NCBI GenBank assembly: GCA_036172245.1
Contig: JAYWIR010000010.1
Coordinates: 1,178,001-1,242,000 of the forward strand
Origin: Raillietiella orientalis
Lineage: Eukaryota
Direction of reading: 5' to 3'
Length of the DNA stretch: 64,000 nucleotides
Shown: piece by piece, positions 13,228-26,200 of the stretch
How positions within the stretch are numbered: the first letter of the stretch is position 1
How the letters are laid out: each line of letters begins with the position of its first letter
Translations under genes and position numbers: made by a program
Notes under the pieces: generated by a model
The model's input: the letters and a program-made list of their open reading frames with translations, nothing else
Database searches by the model: none
Told to the model about the DNA's origin: nothing

Positions 13228-13719
13228 CGAACTCTTTGACCCGCAGCAGGTAAACTGACCACGACGCGTGAAGCAAAACGAGGGCTCGTTTCTCGAACCA
13301 CGGGCATCGCTGCAGAGCGGCCAGCGGCCGCAGGCTGGACTCTGCTGAAGGAAACTCAGCAAACAAGCGTGTTCTTGTCGTACGTAACTGGCATCTACGG
13401 ACCTCGGACTAAAACAGCGGATCATTGGTCGCCTTCACACGTACGGCCATGTTTGCACGTGTCCGTACATTAATGTACGGATGCCTAGGAACATTCCAGT
13501 AGTCGAGTTGTGCTTTTATTATATAGATCAGAGTGCGCCTACGTCTTCTCTCCCCAGCTGCCCGCGTCGGAGGCTTTGTGGTTAAGGCTTCCGCGTGTGG
13601 CATCGTGCGTCGCGGGTTCGAATACGCCGGATGAAACTCTGACGCCACTGCGTCGTTTGGGTTCCGAGTTTCTCCTGGAACGGTGCTGGTTGGCCAAGAC
13701 ATTCGGGCGTGGCCCCGGA

Positions 13720-14340
13720 GGTGGATAAAGCCGGCGGCCTCCCGATGAAGACCGGAACAATGGGAGTCGACCTTCGGGTCCTTCCAGGAATCAAGGAGTG
13801 GGGAGTTCCCCCTCCTGTCGTGCAACGGAGAGCGGACCTTCCTCACCGGGGGACCCCTCCGGTTTCAAGATGGAGCAGCAGCCCTCACGGGCACCTCTCC
13901 AGTGGTTCAAAAGAGCGGACCCTACTCTGTTGCGGGGGTCCCTCTGAGTCACCATCTCTCCAGAAGAGTGCACAAGGAAGCAAGCGAGAGCGATTCCCTG
14001 CGGGAAGCTGCAGCGCCCCTTCTGAGTTTCGGAAGCGCCCCTTCGGGGTTCTCTTCAGAGGAGTGAACAGAAGCGGTTCCCTTGCGGGTTCCCTACGGAG
14101 AAGAAATTCCTACTAGCAGATCCTTTCCGGGTTCCCTTCGGAGAATTTGAAATAGAGAGGACCACCCCCCATTACGGAGGGTGTCCCTCCGGAGAGAATG
14201 AGGAAGGAGATTCCCTTCGGGGTTCCCCTTCGGAGACAACCAGGGTGGGAGGTGCGAGCCCCTTTCACCCTGGTTTGGCCCAAGCGTGAGAGCCCTTCCT
14301 GGATTCATAGGGCGGACCCCCATCCCGGGGTTCCCCTTAT
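13720..14340. repeat. Longest copy of the GC-rich interspersed repeat family (probable DIRS gag low-complexity region)
   Basis: Shares gagtcgacct..gggt..., aatcaaggag, ctctccaga.gagtgca, cccttcggggttctcttcagaggag and caaccagggt with the 6160, 59400 and 63530 copies. Confidence 0.8.
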
Positions 14341-14479
14341 CCTGAAGAATTACACGCCCCCCTGTGGGTTGCCGCGGGCGGACAGGCGTGGAAACAAAAC
14401 AGCGTGTTAATGTTTAAAAAGAGCCACGTGCGCCGCGAGGCACGCGACCAGCTCTGAGGTACTTAGCGAACCAAAAAAA

Positions 14480-15170
14480 AGAAAACTCTCCCCAGCTGCA
14501 TCGTCACAAATGCTCGGTTCGAAGTCTCACGTATGCCGGCTGCTGCTGTGTCGCTGAATGCATCCCGAGCTCCCTTTCCCGTATTCCAGTTTCTTCTTAA
14601 ACATTCTTTTACAATGTAGCCTGAGGAATAAGCAAACAGTTTCTGCAAGGGTTCGAAGAATGGTAGCCTCCTACTCTAATGGACGAGTAAATCCTGAGTG
14701 GGACAACAGGATAGCCGACGGTCAGATGAGACACCTGACCAACCAGCTGCTCTTCTCCACGGTGCCCGAGATCTTGTCACATCTCTTCTGAAACGAGCGC
14801 TGAAGCTGATGCTTCGATGTTTCGGGTTCCACAAACAGTTCCGCAGCTGCATTTCCTGTTGTTTACAAGATGAGTCTCATCAGGTCCACGGTAGTACATG
14901 CATTCTTCTGGGAAATAACCTACTGTCACATGCGGAGGAGCAGACACTTCTTCAGCGTTGCTCTTTGCTCCCCGCAGAGTTCCTGAGTAGCAAGGTAAGA
15001 TGTTTTGGAATCCTTGTAAACTTTGGTGTTCTTGACATGTCGTGCAAGTCGCTGTATGGTCATGTGGTTTCGATGGAAAAAGTTTCATGGCTTCTTTGTC
15101 AGTTATTTATCACCCTATTGCGCCGGGGCGTTTATTCACAAAAGAGGAACAAACCATCTGGGAACTCGGT
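14480..15170 (-). mobile_element. Decayed gypsy-type integrase remnant
   Basis: Minus: NKRPGAIG (~HxxHPGI), TCTTCQEHQ (CxxCQ zinc knuckle), YRGPDETHLV (~DFxGPxxxxxxLV), GYPVVPL (~GxPxxI). Order is consistent with an LTR integrase; broken by stops and frameshifts. Confidence 0.4.
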
Positions 15171-15449
15171 TCCCAGACAAAGACAAAAGAAGCTCAAGGG
15201 AAGACTCCCGGACACGCAGCTCGGGAACTCTGAAAGTCCGGAACGGGAGGGATGGAACCATAAATATATATTTAAAAATACAAAAAAAGAGGGGAAAGGA
15301 GTATGGAGGGGGGAGTTGGGGACAGGGGTCTTTGGCTTCAGCAGTTCCTTGCTTTAGGATTCGGCTCTGAATGCCGGCGATCCCCTCACTTCTTGGTTGA
15401 GGTGAAGCTACCTAGCAGCAGTCCTCATGTTGGCGTCTGCAATCCGGGT

Positions 15450-18400
15450 GGTCTTTTTCCGCTCTGCTTGCGTCTCCAATAAGTGGTGGACCATAATGAT
15501 GGCGCGGATGCAACTTGACTCTGCGATGACCGCCGCCTAGCGAGAGACTGCCTCTCGTGAAGAACCTCCGCATCACGTCGATGGGGCTGCCCCCTTGATG
15601 CAGGAGCGTTAAAGGCAGCCCCCGCCACAGTCCTCGGAGAGCGCCCCAGTCGAATAGCAGGTGCAGGACCGATCCCACCGCATCTCACCTCCTGAAGATC
15701 GGGGAGGCGACTCCTCTGGAAACCAGGCGCGCGCTCTAATTGCAATGGGGAACCTCAATGCAACAGCAGGAGCAGTCCTGCTTCCAACGAGGGGGGAACA
15801 CACAGAGTGTTCAAAAACGAAGGAGGAACCACAAGTTTTTCGGGGCACACTCAAAGTTCGCTCCACCGAAAGAGTCCCTACGCCCAATTAACGAGGAGTG
15901 GCGGCGTCTGTCAGCCTTCTTTGTCAAAGAACCTCTCCGTGCAACCTAGGACCAGACTATTTCTTGCACACAGTTAGTCCTCATGCTCGGACTGTCTCTC
16001 GGGCTGACCTGTGCGAGCCGTCCTCAATGTAACCGTTTCTTCCAATCGATGATCATTTGCCTATGAGCCACCCTTCGCAGTCTTGAGATGCTGTGTAAAA
16101 GAAAATCTTTCCATCCACCGAGCCCCTGCGAAACCAGGCTGTTTTGAACTAGGTTGATGTCCGCCGAAAAGATAGTATGGAAAGATAGGTGCTGCTCCTT
16201 TGCAGCACGAGGTAGCTGCTCTCGGAAGCCACTTGCTTTCAGGAGCTGGCAAGTGACCCCGGAGAAAGATGACAAACATGGGGGTGCTTCGCAGAGTCCG
16301 TGTAGCGGCATACCTGGGATTCCGAGGAAGCATCCGGGAAAGGAGGTTCGTTTGCTCGGATGAATGTCGGAATGAACTGGATGTGGAGCAACGGAGTCGT
16401 TGAGAGATACTCCAGCCATTAGAGGACATTAGTGGATAAAGCCAGCGATGGTTGTACGTGCGCCTCCTACGGACAGGACCTAGGGGAAGTGAGCTACGAC
16501 GTGGTATGCATGATGAACTGGGGCATCGATTGATGGACTTGCTGGAGCAATCCCTTTGAGTCCTCCAATGTGGTAAACAAGAAAAGGAATCCTGAGATTC
16601 AGAATAGAAGGGAGAGGAAGAGATACTGAGAGAATTGATCCGGATAGAGTGCTTGATCATCCAAAGATCCTGATGCTTGCAGGAACGGCAACCACTATGG
16701 TGGCTGAAGTGAAGTGGGCTCGTGCATCGATGACTAATCCTACAGTAATGTGCGATGGACCCATACTATGAATCCTAAAATACCGGCGGCGACTACTCAA
16801 TACCGTTGTCCTTTTTTCTATCGAAAGGAAACAATATGTGACGTTGGAATGGCCAATTCCAAATCCCGTGAGGATTGAGACGTAGTGTACAATCCTGGAA
16901 GGATGACGAGCTAGTAGGAAAAAAATCAAAACGGGGTGTGGGGATAGAACAGAATTTTCTCTCCTCTCCTGTGGGATCGAAGGAAGATCAACTGAAACTG
17001 ATCTTTAAATGGCCTGCCTTACGGTATGCCTTACTTTACGGTTGCTCCCTACAGGTCGAAGGATATCTTTTTCCGGGCCGAAACGGGTTGGTTGGCTCAA
17101 CATCTCTCTGCTGCCAAGCCCAGAAGATGCGTTCCGCACCTCCACGTACAGGACGTACCACTCGAAACACCCACCACACGAGCCAACGATTGTGTGCGTG
17201 TTTTCGGGCGGGATGCGCTGTCCTCGGAAGTGAGGCGAGCCGGTCGTGCGCCCCTCGGCACGCTGGCCCAACAGGGAATAGCGCACGGCCTTCGGACGGA
17301 CCGGTCGAAAGCGCTTCTTCCCTGAGGCTTCTTGCAGGACTCAGGCCCCGGGATGCCGTCTCCTGGACGGGGCGTCGGAGGGAGCAGCTGGACGAACCCG
17401 CTCAGCCTCGTGCCGCATCTCCGGCAGGGAGCTGCTCTACCGTGCGGCCGCCCCTTCCGGTCCGGCAGCTACGCGGCTTCCCGGCGCACCAGCCACGTGG
17501 CTTTCCACTCGTTCCCTGGGCTCTGTCCCGCAGCGAGGAACGCCGCCGGCCTCAGCGGGGAAGGCGCACTCGCCTCGGGATAGTGGCAACCCTGCTGCAA
17601 GTGCTGCTCGAATGGAAATCCCTTTGGGTTCTTCTGTTTTCGCTATTTTCCTTCCACCTTTTTCTTTTTCCTTTTGGCCCTCAAGTAGTGCTGAGAAACC
17701 GTCCGCCTTCTCGGGGGGTCGGATTTGCACAGGTGGCAGAATGCGAGCGAGTCGACGCCGCTGAAGACGGTTCTGGAGCGGGAGCTCTTCAAGGCTATCA
17801 TGAAGATGATGCGTTTCTTCTCAATCATTTGGAGGTTCATGGTTCTCCTCGACGCTTCCATTCCCTGGATGAGTTCGCACGTTCCTGCATGCCGACCTGG
17901 CGAAAACGTCACGATCTCCTCTTGCGACCCAAGTTCGGGCAGTCCAACAACCACGCGCAGCCGCAACCTCGGGGCAGAGGTTGATCGTGCCGATTTGTCC
18001 CCGGGGAGCCGAAGAGATGGAAGGTTATGTCGTGGAGGTGGACCCTGTCTTTCCGGCTCCATCCGATGAGCGATTCAAAGCGGTGCCGTCCGGATGAATC
18101 CGTGTTGTGGAGATAAATGCAGCTGTGCTTCGCCCCGCGGTGGTCCAGCTGGGAAGTCGCCGCCACCTTCGTCCGGGCAACGGGAGTAAAATCCTGCTTT
18201 TCCTCGAAGCATTCGAAGGAAGAGCAGTTCACTCTTCAGCAGGCGATCCACCTTCCCCAACGCCTCCTCCTGAGCCGTCGACGGGGATCCCGGGTCAACG
18301 GGGCTCACCGTCGCGACCCTGGAGACGTCTCCCAGCACGACGAGATGGGAAGACCGCGGGCGCTCCTACGAAGTGTTGCTTCCCGTCCAGGAAAATCGCT

Positions 18401-18680
18401 CCTTTCGTGCCGGAAACCGCCAGGAGGACGCCCCACATCAATCTCGTCGATCGCCTCGCTCACCGCGAGCCCGGAAAAAAGATGATCGCAGCTTCCGGGT
18501 TTGCTGCAGGAGAAAGTTTTGTGGCCGCCGACGTAATGCTACACATTCCCAAACCATTGGTGATTCCTCGCACGGTGATGTTCCTTTCTTGGGGAAGGAT
18601 TGGGGGGCAGGGAGACACGGAGCTCTTGAACGTTGTCCACGCCACCCGGGGGTGCGTGACACTCTCCAAGTTATAGGGGA
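15450..18680 (+). mobile_element. Decayed DIRS-like retrotransposon (RT, RNase H region, YR)
   Basis: NQARALIAMGNL (~EVxxLLxKGAI), VFKNEGG (~VPKxxGG), LRPINEEWRRLSAF (~IPIxxxxRxxLxF), LSLGLTCASR (~LPFGLSxAPR), and near the end VHATRGCVT at 18635-18660 (~AHSTR, catalytic HxxR of YR). Confidence 0.55.
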
Positions 18681-18815
18681 TAACCACTGAGGGACCACTC
18701 TATGAGTCCAGGAAGGCTCCGGGAGAAGAAGTTGCCCTGGTTGCTTCCGAAGGGAAGCACGAAAAGAAGTTCCCTTCTCCTTTGCTCTCTCCGGAGGGGT
18801 CCCCCCGTAGGGCCA
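18680..18815. repeat. Short inverted copy of the GC-rich repeat family
   Basis: Reverse complement reads cccctccggagagag...cccttcggaagcaaccagggc...ccttcctggactcatag, matching 14180-14310 and 6410-6505. Confidence 0.65.
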
Positions 18816-19837
18816 CGTCAGGGATAGAAGCTCGTCTCCAGGCACTCGGTCTCCATGATTGCCACCGCCCCATTTAAAAGGTCCATATAGAGGAATGGCC
18901 ACCTATCCGGGCTCGCCAAGTGCCTCCTCGCTGGCGACCCTCTGCCACGCGCGAGGAGAGGAGGCAGAGAGCCGGAAGCAAGGAAGGACGACCTCGGGAA
19001 GGGAGATCCCCGCGGTCCGCCAATTGCGTGCGAGGGGTGTCGAAATGGCCTCCCTACCCGGGATGTGAGGTGTGAGGGAGTTTTTGGCCGGATGCCTCCC
19101 CAGTCGACGCGGACCCTCGGGAACCACGCTTGAGTACCTCGGGGCCGGTGTATCCCACTCCCTATTTATTTATTTATTGTCGCTCCCTCCTCATCCCTCC
19201 CTAGTTTTGTCCCCAGTGAGAACTGTCCCCGCGGACGCGTCGCTCACAAACTGGGGTTCTTTTGATTGATCGACTGATCTTGGATGGTCCGGCTATCCGG
19301 GAAGGGAAGGTTGGTCGCTCGAAGCGTCGATTTCGCCCAAGGCAAGCTCCATTCTGGGAGCGGGATTTCCACGGGCGACCACCCGGGAGTTGCGCCCGGG
19401 AGAGATCACCACCAACTCGCAGGTCGGGTACGTGGAAAATCCGGAGCGGAAAGGGGGGGGGGGCAACTAAATAAATGCGGGAAGGGAAGGAGGAGGTCCT
19501 TCTCTTCCGCAGCCGCCGCCGCGAGGCACAGCTGAGCACCGTGGCGACCCGGCGTTTCTTCCTCGCAGCCACTTCAGGGACATGGTCCGCTGCCCCCCGC
19601 CCTGTGGGCCACCTCGCTGCAGCTGTCACGAAGGCGGCCCCGGAGAGGATGACCCTGCCTCTGGGCGCACCGTCGAGCCGACCGGCTTCCGTTCCCGGCC
19701 GCGTCCGAGGCACCGCGAGCCGCCAAGGCGGTCTGCGGCGCGCGCGCCACCGCCGCCGTCCACAGCTCAGAATGGCGTCCGAGCTCCAGGAACCGGGAGT
19801 GTCACTTCTTCCGCAAGGAACGTGCAGGTCATTGAAA

Positions 19838-20925
19838 AGGGGTTTGCTTCGAAATCCCAAAGAATCATGAAAAATAAACGCACAGGCTCACTCTACATAG
19901 ATTAATGTACAAATTTATTCTAATATGCATGGTTATTGGTATTTATTAAAGTACATAATATGAACAGCAATGTTACTGGAGCAGATATATTTATTAAGAT
20001 TCAGTAACTGACATTTTATTAATAAAATTAATAAGCTGTTCAGTACATTGTTGATATATATATACATGTATTAAAGGTTATGAAAAATAATTATCTGTGC
20101 TTCTTATATATACTTATATAATGATCAAGTACTACTCATTATATGAGCATCTTCATATAAGTATATGCTTATATTAATCTCTATATAAGTTATTATATAA
20201 GTATATTAATCATAATATAAGTATATATATAGACTTATATTAATCTTTATATAAGTATATACTTATATACAGACCTTTATATAGAGATTAATACTTATAT
20301 AAAGATTAGGCAAGTGTGAATTAATGTATATTATGAAGGTTGTTTGTTTTTTACAAACACATAGGCTTGTTCTACATAGATTCTTATACAAATTTATTTA
20401 AATATACATAGTTATTCATATTTATTAACTACAGAATTAATGTTATTGGAGCAGATATATCTATTAGGGTTCAGTGGCATGCATTTTATTAATAAAATTA
20501 ATAAATTGTTCATATATATATTTAAGATTATAAAAAATATACATACTTATTATATGTATTGATATATAAATATATTTATGCACACACATACATCTTATGG
20601 CATACGCAAATATTTATATGCAGACATCATCTATGAATATTGATGTATGTGTATTTTTTATAATCTTGAATATACCTATAAACAATATAATCAACAGCAT
20701 ACTAATTTCGTTATTAGAATGCCACTGAATCCTAAGGAACAAATCTTAATAAGTATATATTATTATGCTTATTAAGATTGGTTCATATATTATTATATAT
20801 AAATATGTATATTATTATATATACAGACATGCATACGAATAACTGTCCATATTCAAATAAATTTGCATATTCCTCCATGTAGAATAAGGCGATGTGTTTG
20901 TTTTCCACGATCTTTCGGAATTTTG
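19838..20925. mobile_element. AT-rich foldback/MITE-like family, copy C (most complete, ~1.1 kb, long imperfect TIRs)
   Basis: Left arm cgaaatcccaaagaatcatgaaaaataaacgcacaggctcactctacatagattaatgtacaaatttatt; right arm (reverse complement) caaaattccgaaagatcgtggaaaacaaacacatcgccttattctacatggaggaatatgcaaatttatt. Internal direct repeat of the left arm at ~20350-20510. Confidence 0.75.
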
Positions 20926-21559
20926 TTGGTTGTGGATTTCGTCGTTTGGGACTCTCTGATGGGCCCCGGTGGAATAGGTGCGCCCCAACGAAATGCAACG
21001 GCGCCCACGAACGAGAAAAGGACCAAACCCGAAAGGCAGAAACTGCCCGGGGGGGATGAAAATGCATTGCAGCAGCGTCCAAATCAAATCAGATAGCCAA
21101 AAGTACGTGATATTCACTACCAGTTGATTGTAATAGAGAGTGAGTGGTGAAAACTTTGACCTTTTTTTGCTTCAGGATGGCGGCGGCTTTGGGATGGATT
21201 TTTCTAAAATCCCTTCAACAGCTGCTTGCTTTTGACAGCAAGATTGCCTGAAGAACGAGAACTTCATCCTCCAAACACAGCGGACAGAGATTGCTTTCCT
21301 TCCGGTTACCACGGGGAAGAGTTTCAGGGATTTCTCTCTCTCTCTTTCTCTCTCGCACTTCATAAAAAGCGTTGGGGCAACTCTTGGAGAGTTTCTATGC
21401 TGTGAGTTTCAAGTCCTCCCTCGGGACTTCCAGACGTCTGCATCCGTCTACTACTCGATCTTGGGAAAAAGAATAGGCAGGAAGACTCGCGGATCAAAGT
21501 TGATCTCATAATCACCGTTTGCACGTGAGGCTTGCCCGCTGCTTCCTCGCACACTCTTG

Positions 21560-23080
21560 TGCTCAAATTGTGTCCAGGAAGCTTTTTTGCCTTCTCCTCG
21601 GATCGTTCTCTTGAATGTGCGAGACGCTGGCGACGCTACTCGAAGACAAACTGCACGTAGATGGTCAAGCAGTTCCCTTCCTGCAACGATTTTTAATGAT
21701 TCGTCGAGGCTGCTTGGGTAAGATGTCTTCGGATAGTTGGTCCAGAACCGTACATCGCACGTCATCTCCGTAACTTGGGATCTTTGGTGATCGATCCGTT
21801 TTCCTGTCCCTCCTTCGTCACTCACGTCTCGCTTTGCATCTGAACTGCCCTGCCGAGTTTCGGTGGTCTCCGCTCCGGGCGCCGGTCAACGGCTAGCAGC
21901 TAGGCTTGTTTGCCTGACGGACTGGGTTCTCGCTCACACGGTTTCTCTTTCTTTTTCGCGTGAATAATCGCATCCGGACTTGCCTGAATCATCAGGCGAA
22001 GATGAATCCGAGCCAACAACCCGAGATCTTGTGATCAGAAAACGTCAGGAGCAGGTGGGACAGCTTTTTGCTTGCGTGTGATTAGAAAGCCATTCGCGTT
22101 CGAAGGCAGAAGGAAGAGTACACGGCTCCTCTCTGACGTCCTCGCCCCGAAGAGGACCAGGAAAGCTGGCGAGGTGCTGCACGCAATGCGCGCGCATGCA
22201 AAGGCCATCGGAGGCACATCCGTGGGCACGGAAACACAGACGTCACACCAAGCACAAAGTGCAAGCAGCAGCTCCCTAATTCGTGCTCCTGGAATTCACA
22301 TCGCCTCTCCCACCAAAAGTCGAATGGGTCCCTGGATTATGGTCACAGATCCATCATTTCTTGAGTTCCATGACGAACAGCTCCCTTCCTGAAATGATTT
22401 TTAATAATTTGTTGAGGCTGCTCGGTTAAGATGTCTTCGAATAGTTGGTCCCGAAACATAGATCGCACGTCGTCTCCGTAAAACTTCTGAAGAAGGCACA
22501 GTAAATGCTATCGATTCTCTGTAACTGATTCGTCTAGTGGCCTCGTACTCTGAGTAGCCCCGTCTTCGAAAAGAGTCTCTGACTGCGCTTTTTGTTCATA
22601 GCTGAATCTTTCTTTGAAGGGCATTCAACTTCTCTGCAAAGAGGGCAACTACCCCTCTTTCCTACACTTTGGCTCGTTTATCGAGAGTTCCCAAAATATC
22701 CGAATAATCACACCAAGTCCGCACGTTGGGAAAAGGTTTCTTAAACAGGCGGCGAAGCTCTTTGGGTCTTCGAACATTCCCACGGTGATTACAGCCGTCA
22801 AGTCAAAGAGAAGAACTCGGCTTAGGCCTTCATCCAACTCCTCAACGCAATGGAGCACTTGCGTATAATGTATCTAAACGGCTAACGGGATGTATCCCGT
22901 TCGCCTCGCGGATCCCGCTGAAGTTTTCCATTTCCAATGGACGTGGACTCGCTGGGAAAAACTGACCATTTCCAATAGCCTCCATTCGCTCTTCGACCCG
23001 GTACTTGTTGTTCTAGCACCCGAGGGTCGCGAATGTTTCACTTGCAGAAGCACGGAGTGGCTAAGCAAGTGGCTACCTTG
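21560..23080 (-). mobile_element. Decayed hAT (Charlie/Buster-like) transposase remnants, C-terminal part present twice
   Basis: Minus: FWTNYPKTSYPSSLDESLKIV then PSTCSL..VSHIQ (~FW..YPxL..ALKIL..PSTYLCE..FS..IK); HYTQVLHCVEELDEGLSRVL (~HCxxH..L..VL). A 104-bp diverged direct repeat lies at 21670-21773 / 22378-22481. Confidence 0.35.
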
Positions 23081-23372
23081 CTGTTAGGCTATCCTCACAA
23101 AGTCCACTATCAGGCTGCGAAAGGATATGCATGACATCGATCTCGTGCATCCATCCAGATCATTCAGAATTCTCGAACGGAAGCCTTTGCAGAAGGAAAG
23201 CGGCTCGGGACTTCCACTCTTGCACGAAAAGCACCCAGCACTCCGTCCAGCTCCGACTCCAGAGAGCTCAGCGGGCCTCTTTGGCAGCCAGGGATCCCTC
23301 GGCTGAGTCCGCTGAAGCAGAAACCCGTTGTCTTCCAGCTGGTCCGTCGAAATCCGACTTTCGCAGGATGGC

Positions 23373-23758
23373 CAGGGGTTTGGTTCGAAACCCCCAGCGA
23401 TCATGAAGAACAAAATGTGGGTATCACATGTATTTTATACATACATGAATATGCAAATTGATTTCAACATGCATGGCTACTCTTGATATTTAATATACAC
23501 ATTATTAATAGTAATATTATTTTAACATATGCGTTTATTTATACTAATCTGTATATGAATATATATATCATTGAAACTGCATATATGTATACTAAGAAAC
23601 ATCAATAACTATATAATATTCCTATTAATAACATGTATGTGGATAAACATTAGTAACTGCATGCTAAAGTAAATTTGTATATTGATCTATATATTAATGT
23701 ATATAATAGACATATGTGTTTGATTTTTATGAGCGTTTGGGATTTTGATCGTCACCTG
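23373..23758. mobile_element. AT-rich foldback/MITE-like family, copy D
   Basis: Left caggggtttggttcgaaacccccagcgatcatgaagaacaaaat; right (reverse complement) caggtgacgatcaaaatcccaaacgctcataaaaatcaaacacat...tagatcaatatacaaattt. Confidence 0.7.
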
Positions 23759-24449
23759 TTTGCCAGGCAGGATAACAAGGATCTAAGAGGGATCTAAGAG
23801 AACGCAGTATCTCAGAAAAATTCCGGCTGCTTATAATCTCTCGCTTTCTTGGTGCCTGGTGACCCTGAGGCTGTTCAAAGGTTTTTTAGGAAAGTGGTAC
23901 ACTTCGGCATGCCCAGTTTGAAAACTTCTGCCGCACCAGACAGGGGCCCCAAGAGGTAATCAGCCCCCGAAACTTCTACGGAGGCAGCTCATCATTCTGT
24001 TCATCTTAACAAAACATCCCACCTGCTCTGGAGTTCGAGGAATGCGCAGCCATCTCCACGGGTATGGAAGGAAAAAGCTGGCTCAGCAGAGACGATCATG
24101 GAAGACGGTCACCCCAAGAGGACCGAACTGCTTGCCGGTTCTGCTGCGGTCAGCTGATGCGACCCTCTTGCGAATGCGCGACGGAGCGCAACGCAAGCGA
24201 CTCATTAATGGGGGTTGCTCTTCGAGCCCTCTTCGCTCCTTCGCGGCGGCCCCGGACGAAGGATCTGCCACCTACGCGGACCTTCCGAAGAGACGGCCTT
24301 TCCACTGTGAGCCACGGGGCTTGAAGGAAACGGTTGGGTCACTGCTTGGAGCTCAAGGATTTTCAGCACCGGAACTGTTGACATCTAAAGGACGCTTTGT
24401 CAACAGAGACCCGCTGATATGCCCGGATACCAGTGTCGCATCGCTCGCT

Positions 24450-25200
24450 AATGCTTTTTAGCTTCCAAATTTAACGGAATGAACAAATAAAACACACAAT
24501 AGGAATTTCATTTCTGGTTGGTACTCTGCTGAAAAGTGCAAGAGCCTCTCAGCGAGCTTATCGTTCGTATTGAAAAATGCTCGGGCTCGGCTCTGGATGA
24601 TGAACTTACCGGGTGCGAAATCAACCGGAAAGAGATGAACGGGGGCAAAACTGCCCGACAGCTTCATTGGTAACCGCTGCGCGCAGATAAGTGCAAAGTG
24701 CTCTTCACACATGGGAGACCTTTGTCTCAATCTGGGCTGCCACGTTCACTAAAATATCTTGGGGGCAACAAGTCTCTTGCCACGCTGCCTGCCATTTCTT
24801 CAAGGGCGCAACAAGCAATCACACGGTGTCAGACTCAAGTCAGTCAGTCCCTCAGCTGAAAGAGTTTGGCGATATATGCAAAAAGCGAAGGTACCATTCG
24901 TCTACCATACCCAATCCTCTCGTAACTCCATCATCGTTTCGTCTTCCGTCTTAAAACCATCTTGCATACCTGGGGGCGCCAAGAACTCTGCATCCACCGC
25001 ACTAACGAACGCACTGCACCGCATTGCACATACGTTGCGATTCTCCACTTTTCAGGAAACCGTTGAGAACTACAAGACGATTTCGAGTGCGAATAGCATT
25101 AGAATGTGTGTGCATTTTGTCTTCTGAGGACTGGTGCTTGGATGAGAAGTGTTTCCTCCCAGAGTAAGTTGTTGTTTTTTTTATAGAGCTGGTATGCACC
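24450..25200 (-). mobile_element. Decayed LINE (CR1/L2-like) RT remnant
   Basis: Minus: NRLVVLNG...RVLGAP (~RxQxVxLNG...GSVLGP) and MVDEWYLRF (~WxxxWxLxF). Weak. Confidence 0.3.
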
Positions 25201-25249
25201 TCTGGTGCGAAACAGCGAAGCTAGGATGCGTCGCCAGTCACTGCAATGC

Positions 25250-26200
25250 TCTTCAGAAATCCTGCTACCCTTCGAAGACCTCGGAAGAACCGCTCCCATT
25301 CCTGAGGCGAATCCCGTCGCAGTCCACTCACCTAGCGGAGTGGCTGCTCGGAAGTGCAGTTCAGGGAAGATGTCGTTTCCAGGAATCCGGCCGGTCGCTG
25401 CACGGCACCTCTAGAAATAGTGGACTCCGTCTTCGTCGGCACCACCATCAGGTTCCAAGGAGGTGAACTTCAAGAGATTGAACATGAGACAAAGATGCAA
25501 ACTGTTGAAAGTGCCACCTAGCCGAGATTCTCACCTTTTGCATATGGCGCTCCGTGCGCAGCAGAAGGAGAGACAAATGCCCGACAGGATGCGAGGCAAG
25601 GAGAGAGGGGCGAGCGCTGCATAACGGACGAACAGTCGCAGAAACGTCGAACCCTTCGAGCGTCCTTCCCACGTTGGTCCTTTGTCCCGGTTTCCAGAAT
25701 CACGTCACTGCTCATCTCGCCACAAGATCCTGGGAACGCGCCCCTTCGAGTTCGCATTTGGCGGAACTGGCAAATTTCCGCACAGTCTTCAGGCTCCAAA
25801 ACGGGCCCCAAATGACAGGAACGAACGGTGTTCCAGCAACCATTCTGCCGTTCGCTCAATTCCAGACGTGGGCTCCCGTTATAACCGAGATTTCCGATCT
25901 CTTAGATTTCCTCAAAGAAGCCGCTGACTGCTTTGTTTCGTTCATCTTTTCATCCAGGACACAACGGACAATTTTTTGATGCTCCTTTCCGACCTCTGGA
26001 TTATTCACATTTTTGTTTTTTTGTTTTTTTTTGGGGGGGGGACAACAGCAGCAATTGATGTTTTTGGAGAAAGTTATGAACATGCGCTTCGGAAAGAACA
26101 GCAAGAAACCAAAGCAAAGGCGGCTTCCAACAAGATGGCGAATCGCTCGTTGCCGAATCGTTTCTGATTTTCAGTCTTGCAGCAAATTGCAGAACGTGCT
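25250..26200 (-). mobile_element. Possible decayed hAT transposase core
   Basis: Minus: EAHVHNFLQ (~CxAHxLNLxVQ), QKIVRCV..KQSAASLRK (~KxRxIV..S..AxxxL), NGCWNTV (~TRWNS). Weak. Confidence 0.25.
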
